NCBI RefSeq assembly: GCF_036321535.1
Contig: NC_087436.1
Coordinates: forward strand, 80,230,001-80,294,000
Reading direction: 5' to 3'
Length of the DNA stretch: 64,000 nucleotides
Source of the DNA: Camelus dromedarius
Lineage: Eukaryota
The translations under genes and the position numbers were made by a program. Positions 13,558 to 25,779 of this stretch are shown here, one piece after another. Below the pieces are notes generated by a model. The model ran no database searches, had not been told where the DNA came from, and worked only from the letters and a program-made list of their open reading frames with translations. The first letter of the stretch is position 1; each line of letters opens with the position of its first letter.

Positions 13558-14650
13558 CCCACGGCCAGGCCGGAGCCCGCAGCCACGCAGCGAGGGCGCC
13601 GGCCGGTGCCCCCGGCGGGGCTCAGGGAAGCGAGAAGCGCCAAGAGCGCAAGCGAGGAGTCGCTCCGCGCACTCGGAGGCGACCTGCCAAATGGGCCGAG
13701 AATGCCGCCGCCGAGAGCTGCTCTCGGAGCTGCGCAGCAGTAATGTCCAAACACACCAGTCGAGAGGCAGTTCCTCGCCGAGACCAGAGAGAGTCCGAGT
13801 GGGTTCGGCGGTCCTTTCTCTTCTAGAGTCCTGGATTAAATCTCGGTCTCTTCTCTCTGCTTCACTGTTTCCTTGCCGCTCAAAGTGCGCTACTTCTCAT
13901 CTTCTCTCCCCCGGAAATAAGCAAAACAAAACCCAGGCCGGCCCCAGAGAGTTTGTAACAAAGTTAAGAGTCACCGAATCTCCGCTTTGATGTGGGAGGG
14001 TGGGGGCTGGTTCGCTTTCTTTGGGAAGGTTCAAAGGACGCCAGGTTCCGCCCGATGCTCTCCTCCGGTCTTATTTGTATGCCCTCGTCTTTCGGCCACG
14101 AGATTGATTTGCACTGGGCGCTGGGAGCGCGCGGGGAGAGGGCGCATCCAGCATGCGGGAGGATCTGGCCCTTGGGCGGGCTTCCTCTGCCTGCGCTGCC
14201 AGAGATTGCTGCGCCAGAAAGGGCAGTGCCACCAATCCCCGCGGTTCTCGGATTCGGCGCGCAGACCTGCCTTCCCCTCTGGGCCACGGGGCACTAGAGT
14301 TGCAATGTTGAAAAGAAAAAGGGGGGGAAAGACACAGAAAAACAAAGACTAAGTGTGAAAAGTCTGACGACTTCGGTTGCGGCTCCACTCGTCTGTTCAC
14401 TTCTGCAAACGGGCCTGGCGACCCCTGCCCCACCCCCCAGCGCCCTCTCTTCCTCTCACTCTCCGCCTTTGCCTCCCTTCTCTTGCATTTTCTTTGCGGC
14501 TCTACAGGCTTCGCTCTTCTAAGTCCTGTCCTCTGGCCAAGCTGACCCTCTTCGCAGCTCTTCCACTCCCTCTCTCTCCTCTCCTTTCTCCCTCCGGACC
14601 TGACAGTTCAGATGAAGCTCTCAAAGGTAATAAAACATTTGCATCACTCC
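13558..14650 (-). other. NKX6-1: Probable long NKX6-1 5' UTR (TSS approximate)
   Basis: GC-rich, repeat-free sequence between the CCAAT/GC-box cluster and the ATG; mammalian Nkx6.1 is known to have a ~1 kb leader. The TSS cannot be read from sequence. Confidence 0.65.
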
Positions 14651-14699
14651 CTACCCCTCTTTAGCTGGGGGACGAAAGGGAGGGGGAAGTGGGGGTCCA

Positions 14700-14990
14700 A
14701 AATGAGAACTTTGAAGGACGTCACTCCAAGGCGGCAGGGAAGGGCGGGGTCGAGGAGCCGGGTGCAGGCCGGGGGCGTAACCACTGTCTCCAATAGCGCT
14801 CAGCCTTGGGACTCGCGTCGCCTCCAGGTCACGCCCACTCGAGAGCGCCGCCCTCTCTGATTGGCTGGCGAGGGCGAGCCGTAGAGCCGCGCCCGCCTGG
14901 TCCCCGCCCCCTCCCACTTCCATCCCTTCTGTGGGTGGGGCCAGGGGGCGGGGCCTGGCGAGTGGTGCGGTTCCGCGGCTGAGCCAGTGA
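14700..14990 (-). promoter_or_regulatory. NKX6-1 TATA-less proximal promoter
   Basis: AGCCAATCAG (minus, 14857-14866), inverted CCAAT (14790-14794), GC boxes near 14742, 14902 and 14945, high CpG density. Confidence 0.75.
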
Positions 14991-14994
14991 ACGC

Positions 14995-15510
14995 CTCAAT
15001 TAATTGTGTTAAATAAAATGAGAAAGGGGAGGGGGGAGCAGAGGCGAAGAGGGTATTACTTTTTAAAGAGAAGAATAATGAAAACCCAGCCCTTTTATGG
15101 AAAAGCAGTTCATATTCTTCCCTCGCCAACCCCTCGCCCGCTCCGTTACCCTGCCCCCCTCCCCCACGAGCTCACGACGCCTCACCTCGGACAGAGTCTG
15201 GTCTCTTGTAAAATGGAGCTAATGGAGCAGGCAGCCGGCGCAGCCCTGGCCTAGCTCCTTCTTTTGAAAGGATTAATTAAAGGCCATCTGGGCTCTCCCA
15301 GAATTGTGTAAATTAATTTGTTGCTCCTTAAGCCTTATAGATGTCCTTAATCCCTTTGTAGACCGAAGGATCGCTCTTTTCCATCTTTACAATCTCCCGC
15401 TTTCCTTCTCTGCTTTCTCCTTCACTTTCTTTTTATTCCTGAGTTCCCCCCACCATGTTATCATTTATAGGTTTATCCAATTCTTAGGGAACGAAACCAG
15501 CTAATTAGGA
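14995..15510. promoter_or_regulatory. Upstream homeodomain-site (TAAT) cluster
   Basis: Palindromes CAATTAATTG 14997-15006, TTAATTAA 15273-15280, AAATTAATTT 15310-15319, CTAATTAG 15501-15508. Confidence 0.55.
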
Positions 15511-16429
15511 ACATTTATTTCTCATGTGATATTTAGATCTGAAGAAGTGACTTAAAAAAAAAGAAATTATTCTCCCCCTATGATTATTGTTTTGAATTTT
15601 ACTGGGGCAGAGTCACCAGAATTGAGGTGGAGTCTTTAAATACAAAACTATCTGGGTACCCTCACTCAACTGTAAGTTTTTGAAAACGGTCTCCGAAACT
15701 CTGGCCCCTGCCGTCCAGGGTCTTTTAGGGAGATGGAGATGCTCCAGTTTTTGGCTGTGGTGTTAGTATGTCTAGGGTTAAGGAACTGAAAGGTGGTTTC
15801 CCTTATTCCCTTTCAATTTCTCCCATCCCTGGCGGTCATTAAATTCTCGGCAGAGTTGAGCTGTGTTCTTGGGAAGGAAGACCTTTGCCAAATTTTGAGA
15901 TGCCAAGATGTTAAAGTAACACACCACTAAGGGGTGGTCACTAGAGCAACTTGGATGAGATCATTAAGTCCAAACTTAATTCGCAGGAAATAGAAGTAAA
16001 TAGCTCAAGAATAAAATTTGAGGGGCACCACGCATGGATAGAGTAGCTATGAGTGCCAAAGCACTCACACGCCCAAGCACCAAAAAGCAAGAGGGCTTAT
16101 TCCGTTTTGATAATCTTTGTTTCCAAAGCACTGATCTTTTAAGAGTAGCAACTTGAGCCTGAGTTTGAGGGAGTTCTTGTTTCTTTGTCTGTTTCTTTTA
16201 CCACTTTTATTCAGTTTTGAGATAAAAGTAACGTTCTTATTTGGACCCCTTCTTGCTCCACCTTTTGTCATTAACTTCGAGACTGGGCTTAACCCACCAC
16301 TTCATAGACTTTAGAATCTGACCTGGGGGAAGGTGAAGCCCTTCCTCAATGTGAATTATGCTGAGTAAGGCAAGAAGAGAGCTGATGTGGGGGCCCACTG
16401 AATTTTCCCTCGAGGATGCTCTTCTGATC

Positions 16430-17608
16430 TGTAGGTCTAAACCGCAGCGCCCTGCACTTCAGCCGGGAGACTGGGGCAGGAGGGTGGCGCGTGTAGCCCG
16501 GACCTGGCCTGAGTTTTGGGGCCCTCTGCTTCTCAATTCGTTAAAAACGAAACTTTTTCTTTCCTCGGGGGACTCCAACCCGGTGATGGCACACAACCTT
16601 TCGCCTGGACCCAGCGCGTCGGCCAATAGCGACTTCCTCACATCCCTGGTATTCCTCACACCGCATTCTCAAGGACTAGGTAGGAATATGAAGGAAAAGA
16701 GGTCAGCCATCTCCAAAGATTCCAATTTCAAAAAGCGACCCCCCCCCCACTTTATTTCATGTAAATAGTGTATAACCTGGGAAAGACTTGACCGTTTTTC
16801 TATTTTAAATTTAGTATCTGATATGGAGTGGGTAGGGGAGAGAGACAGAGCAACATCAGAGAGACAGTCAGACAGACAGACACCGGGAGAGACTGATTCA
16901 ACTCAACCGAATTCCGTGTTAACTGACATTGGCAAATAGTTGCAAAGACTTCGAATAAGAAGTCTCTAGCTTTTGCTTTTACTTATCATTCACATTGCAG
17001 AATTAAAATAGCAGCATTGTTCTTAAATGTAACAGTTTTAAAAATTCTGGGGTCTATGTACCTCGATTCCCGGGGGTGAACCCTGGGTGCCTGAATCCCG
17101 CGTGGGGCAGGATATATTCCAGATGCACACTACCAGGAGCTGAAGGAAGGCCGGTGCTTCCTGCATGGTGCTGGCCGTCATCGATCTGCTCCGTCTGTCT
17201 CCAGCTGGGAGCCGGGAGAGCGAGGGGCGTCCTCGAAGGGGATGGGCTGCCCCTGTCACTCGCGGGGAGAGATTACCCTGCCCCGCCGAGCTAAAACCAC
17301 CTTCAGAACGGAGTCCTGGATGTGCAGATCCCGTTGCGAATGAGGGAGGCGGGTTTCTGGTCCGGGCTATCTTACATACCGCATACACACGCCCTAGAGA
17401 GCCAGGACTTCTCTCCCTCACTTCTTTCCCTCGGGAACCCCCAGGACCCGTGCCCCATTCTGTCTACGACCTAGTAAAGTCCGGCATTTCTAAGCAACCG
17501 GTAGGAATGGAACGTGTAACACGTGGTTGCGACACACCCCTCGCATCTCTAAACAGTCTGTGTGTATATACATATACACACAAATACATAAATACATATA
17601 TGTGTGTG

Positions 17609-17643
<35 letters not shown>

Positions 17644-18700
17644 GGAGAGAAAGAGATGGGGGCTGTGGTTGAAAGCGAATGATTTGCATTTTAATTGAAA
17701 AATAAATGAAAGCCATGTGGCAAAATCTTGGGGTTGCAAAAAGGGCTAGGTAGGGGTGAGGAAGACAACGCACCTCCTCCACCCCTAGATTTTCTTTAAG
17801 CCTACGAATAAGGGCCCCAGTTTTCAAGTTACTGTTTTCAGCCTTCTCCTACTGTTACTCGGTCTGCGCCACGCACTTGATCACCCTACTCTCAGTCTAA
17901 CCCTTGACTCAGAAACGCCTACCGTGTTTTGATACTTCTTTTTTAAATTGAAGGAGCAGTCACTGAATTCAGAGTAATTCATAGGAGAAATGCAAATGAA
18001 ATCTCAGTTAAGTGTACTTAAATTCAGCAGTCTGTCGGGCATGAATGATAACTATTCTTCCCCAAATATATTAATGTCAGATGGGATACTCGAGTGTGGC
18101 CACAGAAAGCCAATCCTATACTTGCAAGAGGAGGGGGGGAGGATGAAGGGATTTTGTATGTGTTTCAGACCGAAACCCACTCGAAAATGTGTTTGCTTGA
18201 ATTGTCTGGATGACTTCTTTAGTAACTCCACTTCCGCGGACGAGCGGGGCCTGTTTGGGCTGAACCCGGAGGCGGGCTTGGTTTACGGTCCTGTTAAACG
18301 AGGGGTCGAGCCGGCGGCTAAGTAGAAAGTCAGGGAGAAAGAAGACTGTCCACGGTCTTGGAACAACCCAGTCTCAGAGGAGAGCAGGGGAGGAGAGAGA
18401 GCATGGCTGTCTGCACCTCTTTGCGTGTCTTGTAAACGCGGTGGGGTGGGAACTGGACCCTTGGCCTCTTCTGCTGACCAGGAATTAACGACACTACTTG
18501 GGAAGGATTGGGGTAGAGAGGGGCCATCAAATGCTGGGTGGAGACGAGCACTGTGGGATCCTGCTCTTGCAACCGAGGCCAACGCAAAGCACTGGAGGGA
18601 AGCCACGCACCCGTGTAGACAGCCTCGTCGGATCTACTACCAAAAAGACCTCGAACCTCAAGCCAGGATCCGCCTCAGCGATCTTCAAAGTGGCAGAATG
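16430..18700. promoter_or_regulatory. Upstream satellite CpG-rich patches
   Basis: CpG-retaining, transposon-free blocks at ~16.45-16.65, 17.06-17.55 and 18.2-18.7 kb. Confidence 0.6.
17598..17656. repeat. Compound (TG)n(AG)n microsatellite
   Basis: Seen directly. Confidence 0.95.
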
Positions 18701-19288
18701 GCACTCCTGTACACAACTGCAGAATACATACTGAACTCTCCTGGGATACACGTGCACTCTGAAGACAGGGTTCTGAAAGGTCCAAGAAGATGGAGAATAC
18801 TGAAGCCCAGTATTACTGCAATGTCAAAACCTGATTCAGGAATGAGCATAAATGCAAGAAAACACCAATGACCTACTAGAGAGAAAACTAGTCTTGAACT
18901 TCAGCAAAGCACATGTATGGTGTATAATCCCCACCACCACCACGCCCCCAAGCATTTTCTGCAGAGATGCATTTACTTCCAGGGAACCCGCTTGCTTTGA
19001 CATGTTCTGGAAACTGGGATCCTGGTATGGAATAGTGTGCTTGAAGGAATGTCTGTGAGTTTCTACAATTTCCTTGCAGAATAAAGTGCTGGTTCAGTTT
19101 CACCACCAGATTAAACAGTATCTGATGTGAACAGCCATGAAAAATTTATACCTGTATAAATAATGTCCATTGAACATAATTTAAGTAATTTTAAATGAAC
19201 CTGTGAACTAGTTTCTCTCTCTGCCTGCTAAAAGCTATTGTTTCTATATGCAGTCAAACTGTAATAATTTTACCTAATAAAACTGAAA

Positions 19289-19318
19289 AATGAATGAATG
19301 AATGAATGAATGAATGAA
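19289..19318. repeat. (AATG)n microsatellite
   Basis: About 7 units, seen directly. Confidence 0.9.
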
Positions 19319-20334
19319 GCAAGCAAGAAAGCTGTTGCTTCTGACTTGGGTGTGCCTAAGGGTGTCAGCATTGGCCCTTCCAGCCTCCTTACGTGTGCAG
19401 CTAGCTCCTTATTCCGTGGTAAGAAAAAAGTTGTTTTATTTGCTTCGCTGCTTTGCTTACAGTGCCTGGGTCGGTCAGTCCCTTTTGAAGAAACCGTGAG
19501 CAGTTATCGCCCTCTTGTGGAAAAAACTTAGCAATTCATTCTGTCTAGAAAAGACAAGCCTGCCAGATTGTGTTAAAAGTAAAAGATTTATTTTCTTGGT
19601 GGTCGATCTGCCTTTGCACAACTGCTGTGCTCGCTGATTAACATTTGCTCAATTTTCATCCGAAATACCAAATTCATAAACTGAAGTGTGTGGGTCTGGT
19701 AGTTCTTGCTTTAATTCAGATAGCGAAAGCCCTCCGCAATGAACATTTAGATTTTAATCTTTCTTCCTCACCTACCCTTTGTTGCACTCCATTTGACTCA
19801 ACTGGGACAAAACATTTCAATTTTTATTGGAATTATTTTAGTTTTTTACTTTTCTTTCCCAGTTATCAAAACAATACTATGCTTAATACAGAACATTTGT
19901 AAAGTAGAATTATAAACACAAAGAGTCACCCATAATCCCACCTTCAGGGGACAGACGCTTCTGTTACTTTGCCATATTTGCTTGCTATCTTTTCTCCAGT
20001 CTTTATTCTGTGTTTTGTTTTATTGGTTGAGATCATATTGGTTATATAATAGTGTATCCTTAAGCCTATTTTTATAACCTGATTTATTCACTTTTGAAGG
20101 AGGTACAGATAAATTCTGCAATCTCCCAGACTTAGTCTCCTGTGAAGGGCGAAGATCCCTGCACACTATCAGAAGGCCTGGGTGCAGCTTACTCCCACAG
20201 AACATAACCCTCCAGGGAGGCCAAGTGCCCCAACGTCCAGGTTCCTTCCCTGGTTCTCCCCACCTATTATTAACCCCTTCAGATCCTCAGACACTTCACC
20301 ACTAGTTCTCAGAATGTTATGACAGAGTAACATT

Positions 20335-20550
20335 AACAATAGCTAACACTGAGTGTTTACCATTCTGAGTTTATTGAACAACAATTCTGCATCTCTGAAT
20401 GAGGATGATGAAATTATAAGGACAATGAAATTAAAGCATAGAAAAGTTAAGTAACTTGCTTAAGATTATACAGCTACTAATTGGGGAAGCTGAGATTTAA
20501 AACCCTAGATAGTTTGGCTTCAGAGTCCATACTTTTAACCACTATGTTAA
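20335..20550. mobile_element. MIR SINE
   Basis: aagttaagtaacttgcttaagattatacagcta...gagtccatacttttaaccactatg. Confidence 0.7.
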
Positions 20551-22100
20551 ACTGCATCTCTGATAACTAAAAGAAAAAATTTAATGCATAGGGAAGCAAC
20601 CTGAATATTATAAATTGGTAAGTAAATATTAAGTAAATCTTTTACACATTCCATTACAGAAAAAAAAAAAACACAATTCACATTTTCTTAGATAAGAAAA
20701 ACATTCAAAAGGATAATGGAGCTTGTTGAATTCTTTTTTAAGTTACTCAAATAAAATTTTAATTCCTAAAAATAATATTTGGCCTTGGTTTACACACAAG
20801 GCAAATCTTTAAGTTTCAGAATAATTTTAATTTTAGTTACTTAAAAATTTTTTTTTAATTTTAGACCTTATTTCAAAAATAAATAGAGCAGTTTTAGGCT
20901 ACTTTTTAACTTTAAAATTTTTAATTTTAGCATACACAAACTTCAGCTTCACAATTTTGTTCCCTGAATCCAGCGGAGTAGTTAATTATAGATTTGCTTC
21001 ACAGATGGTCCAGATTATAGCTCTAAAAAGCTCTTAATGGACCAGGTAGCCTCAAAATAAACCAGTCATCCTGGCCATTTTACCCTGCAAAATTGCCAAG
21101 GATGTGGGTTATCCATTGGCCATAGAGAAAATCTCCAGTTACCTGGTATACTTTAGGTATTATGGAATAATACTTAAATAGAAGTGATACTAAAGCTATT
21201 TACAATCTACAGGGCACAGCTATCAACCAGCCAGAAGTGATAGAATGAATGTGCTGTTTATCAGCCTGGATTCAACAACCCTATCTGATTCAAGCTCTAC
21301 TCTCTCCTAGCTGTAATCTTGGGTAAATTAATTACTCTCTGTTTTAAGCTGGCACTTTGTCATGCTAACAAGTGACTCTCTAGACTTAGTGTTTTATCTT
21401 TCCTAGAGTTGACTTGTAAAGGCAATCTTGCAGTGGTTGTAGGCCTGTGTATACAGAGGTGAAGTTTACTCAAATGAAGTAGACCTTCTTGGTCTTAATC
21501 ACCAATGGAAGAGTAGGTCCTTGGGAAAGAAGCAGATACTTGAAGGCAGGTCTTAAATATATTAGAAAAGAGAAAATATGTATCTCACTCAGAGTGTCCC
21601 TTGTTTTGGTTTGGATTTCAAGCTGTCCAAGGTGCTTTTAAAGTAGATGTTAAATATAAGCACAACTGCTTGGAAGCCAAACTTGATCCCAGGCAGAAGA
21701 AAATCCTGCAGGGAACCCCAAATTGATGACAAGTAGATTGTATAAGTAGCTTATCTAGTTTCATGATACTCACTTTTTTTGCTTTATTTTCCCTGTGCTA
21801 TTAGTAAGGCTTTGTTTAAATGTTCTATCACAGTCTAGGAATTGCTGCTGGAAAGTACGAATCCACTGTCTATATTTGGCCAGAATATTAAAGGGAGATC
21901 TGTGCCCCTCTTAGACCGTATAGGTTGGGTGACCAGCTGTTTCTCCCTTTCACCAGAGAAATATTGCCCCACCTTGGGAAGGAGAGCACTAGTGTTCTAT
22001 AAGAAGGGATGATTTGTGTTTTTCACATAAATGGAAAGTTCTTTGATAGGGTAAAGAGACTACAGCAAACAGGGACAACAAGGACCACATTGGTTTAAAA

Positions 22101-22929
22101 CAGTGGTTCGCAACCCTGTTCAGACTAGAACTAACTACCTTTTTACAGCAAATAGTTGAGAATGGCTCTTTTACTACCCTGAAATGCTATTCATATCTAG
22201 CTATACACATGATTTCCTAAAAAATCAATATGCAGCCTGAACTATAACATAAAGGAAAAATAAATGGAAAATAATTTATAATAATATAACATGTAATTCA
22301 ATATGTAAATGAATAGGAACTACCTACACTGAAGAAAATCAGACATATATATATATTCATGATAAATGCAAACACTGCAAATATAAGCTGATTAAAGAGT
22401 TTTAATTTTTTTTTTAATTTCTTTGGGGGGGCTGTAATAAGGCTTATTTACTTATTTATTTTTAGAGGAGGTACTGGGGATTGAACCCAGGACCTTGTGC
22501 ATGCTAAGCATGCACTATACCACTTTGAGCTATACCCTCCCCTCAAGAGTTTTAAATACTATTAGTGACATTGACATTTGTGTGCTGATTTTCAGAAATG
22601 GTAAATAACTCTTAAATGAAAGAAAGTATGTTTTTCCTTTAATTTACATGGAAGTTACTTTCCTGGATAATTGTTTATCAAAACCGTATAAAAATACTTC
22701 GTGTATAAAACAGAGTACATTCTGTGCTCAATAGTAATAAGTAGGTTTTTCATCTACATAAATGTCCATTGGGAGACTTGAAATTTTTACTTTTTGCACA
22801 AATGTCCCAGGCGTTGTAGGACATCTAGCCTCCCTGGACCCTGCGCATTAACAGCCAGCATTGCCCCTAACAATCTGACAAGGGAAAAGCACTCACAGAT
22901 TTGCCAAATGTCCCCATTGAGAATCATTG
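22101..22929. mobile_element. hAT-Charlie-like non-autonomous DNA transposon, interrupted by a SINE
   Basis: Termini cagtggttc...gaatcattg form imperfect TIRs with tttaa-type flanks. Confidence 0.5.
22406..22544 (-). mobile_element. tRNA-derived SINE (camelid vic-1-like)
   Basis: Minus reads ggggagggtatagctcaaagtggtatagtgcatgcttagcatgcacaaggtcctgggttcaatccccagtacc (A and B boxes) plus AT tail; TSD aagagttttaa at 22395-22405 and 22545-22555. Confidence 0.92.
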
Positions 22930-23214
22930 TTTAAGAAATTTAGACAGTTTGGAAGGTGTTTTCACATATATCAAGTTTGCAAAGCATTTTCACATGTAGT
23001 ATCTCATTTAATCTTCCTCAGAACCCATGAGAAGGACATTATTACTGTCACTTTAATAATGAAGAAACTGAGGGGCCAAAAGGAGATGTGAAAAGTCAAA
23101 GTCATTCACCACAGCACATCTTTATCATCTCCTAGATTCATTGGAGCATATAGATAGATGGAATAAATGGTATAATTCTGCATATAACCCAGAAAACTCC
23201 ATTGCATCTGGTGT

Positions 23215-23428
23215 GGCTGTCTAGACTTGAGCCTTGCAGTATGGTAACCACTAGCCATGTGTGGCTGTCTAAATTTAAATTAATTTAAAATGAAATAAAA
23301 ATATAGTTCCTCAGTCACACAGCCACATTCCAAATGCTCGGTAGCCATATGTGGCTACTGGTTACCACATTGGATAGCACATATATAGAGCTTTCCCATT
23401 ATTGCTGAAAGTTCTATTAAGTACCACT
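23215..23428. mobile_element. MER3/MER33-like hAT MITE
   Basis: Internally palindromic: ccactagccatgtgtggct...gtagccatatgtggctactgg...gaaagttctatt. Confidence 0.7.
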
Positions 23429-25779
23429 AGTAGGTTATTTCAATTTATTGTTAATTTTTAAATTTTTTTCGGGGGACCGGGGAGTAGTTCAATTTATTGT
23501 TAAACTTTCAGTTGCCTCCATACGGCCCACTCTTTCCTCTGAGATGCTATCAGTCTTAAACACACATGCGTGCGCACACATGCACACACGCACACGCTGC
23601 TCAGCTCTCTCTCTGTATCTTGGTTTTTGCTGTTCTGTGCCTAGGAGATCCTACTACTTCACTAGTGAACCTATTGGCTTACTTCTTGAGAGCAGGACCA
23701 TGCTTTATTTATCTTTGCATCCTTAGTACCCAGCGCAGTACCTGGTACACAATTAGTGCCTAATATCCACCAATCAACACTACCTCACATGCATTTTCTT
23801 TTTGGTCCTGATCTTGCAGTGTGACTGATAATGAAAATATGTGCTCCTACATAAAATGGATGCAACCACAATTAATCTTCAACCCCAGATCACAATTTAG
23901 GTAAATGAAAGTATTTGGCATTTAGTAACTCTCATCTTTATGCTAGTTATATCATGGAAGTTTTGCAGATATAAAATCACAGCTCTTGCCCATAGGAGCT
24001 TCTTTGTCTTTGGAGAAACTAAGTACAATATATGTTTATAGATAATTAGGCAGTATTTAGTAGAGCTTGTGTTTGCAAAGCATAAACTAAATGTTGCAGA
24101 AATTCAGAATTGTGCAGTGTTACTGAAAGGAGGCTCTTGGAAGAGAAAGCTGTGTGACAAAAAGGTGGGCCACTTAAAGTGGGTCTTAAATGAAAGCAAG
24201 ATTTGCATAAAGAAAATGAGAAAGCAAATTCTGGTTCTAGAAAAGAATATTATAAGTAGACGGAAAGCATGCAGTCAAGGACTCAAGGAGAAATGGGTAA
24301 GATGTTAGCAAGGGAGTAGATGATACGAAAATATATTTTAGCATTTACTAAGTGCTTATTTTTTGCTCTTTTACACAGATAAAGAGGGGAGGAATAGAGA
24401 TGTTGCTTCATAGTTTCCACTGTGGGTTCTGCCTAAAAATATGAGCTTTTCTCAAATTTCCCTCTAATTGTGCCAAATATTTGGATTCTTTGCATCAGAG
24501 TTTATATACAATTCCTTGGACCCACTTTAGTAGTACTTGACTGCACACGCCTCAATCAGGTGGGAAAAAACAAAACCAAGAATGGAGGCAAATGGCACAG
24601 GATCAGGCCAAGGAAGGAACCAGAAGCCCCTCACTCAGCCCCGTGGGAAAGTTAGACCTACACACATGGAGACCATGTACTGAAATTAGTGATATAGGAT
24701 ACTAACCCCTACCAAGATAAGAACAGAGAGATTCAGAGTTCCCTAAGCCACATTTGAGAATCCCACCTCAGGAGTCCAAGCCGAAAACAAATGAAATTGT
24801 CCAGACCATGAAAGAACAAATGTCATGTCTTATAATCAGCCATGGTCCTTAAGTCCTTTTGGATTGCAATGGCCTGGATTGGGATTAGGAGTCCCAGAGT
24901 CGTATAGGTTTAGGTCATCTGGTCATGTCACCTTGGCAGACCTAATTTTTCTCATCTTCAGCTAACTGATGGGTGACGGAGAGTGCTGATTTAGGTCATT
25001 TCTGTGGCACCTTTTTATTCGTATATTCTATGGGCCTAAGAGCTGACCAATAGCCAGGTAGGTGAGAAAGGCCAACCTAAAGGCAGATACAAACCAGACT
25101 AGGTGGGGAGAAGTAGGAAGCCAGTGAAGAAGCCCAGCATTCTGAAGGAGGGCACAAAGGAAACTATTTTAACCAGCTGCCAAGGTTTGGTTTCCAGAGG
25201 ACTGACTACTTTCCAGGAGGTGGCTACCTGCTAGCCGTCTGCAGTCTCTGCACTTGGAGAAGGCAGCACCCTTGTGATCTCAGCCCATTTAGGCACTCAA
25301 TTTTAATTTGACATAGTTTACATTAGGCTGATTTATTACAGCCCAAATCATCCTGCCCAGCAGTCATTTCCTTGGCATTCTAAGGCCCATAACAAGGGGT
25401 GGTTCATTCCATAAGAACTCTCAACAGAATTCCTTCACAATTATTTATTATTCAAAAGGATCCTGTTACAGGCAATGGATCCCAAAGACTTACTAGAAGG
25501 ATGGCATCCCTGCCTATCTGCAACTTGGATTATGAAGGGATATATAGGCAGGTACAGAGAGGTTTAAAATATTTTGGAAAAAAATTCAAAACGCATTCCT
25601 ACATTTTGGATGCAAATCAACTCTAGAAATAGAAGCAATGTGTGATACCAGAGTTTTTAAAATAACTTGTATTTATAAAATTTCTGGAATACAGGGAGTA
25701 GGAAAAGTGCTTTATTAGGAATCAGAAGCCTAAGTTCGAGCACTCACAGTCTGATTTTCCTCATCCTTAAGAAAAATAG

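Noticed and set aside
13166..13990. 274-aa plus-strand ORF antisense to NKX6-1 exon 1
   Set aside because: GTG start, low-complexity Glu/Gly/Arg content mirroring the Ser/Pro codons; expected shadow in very GC-rich DNA.
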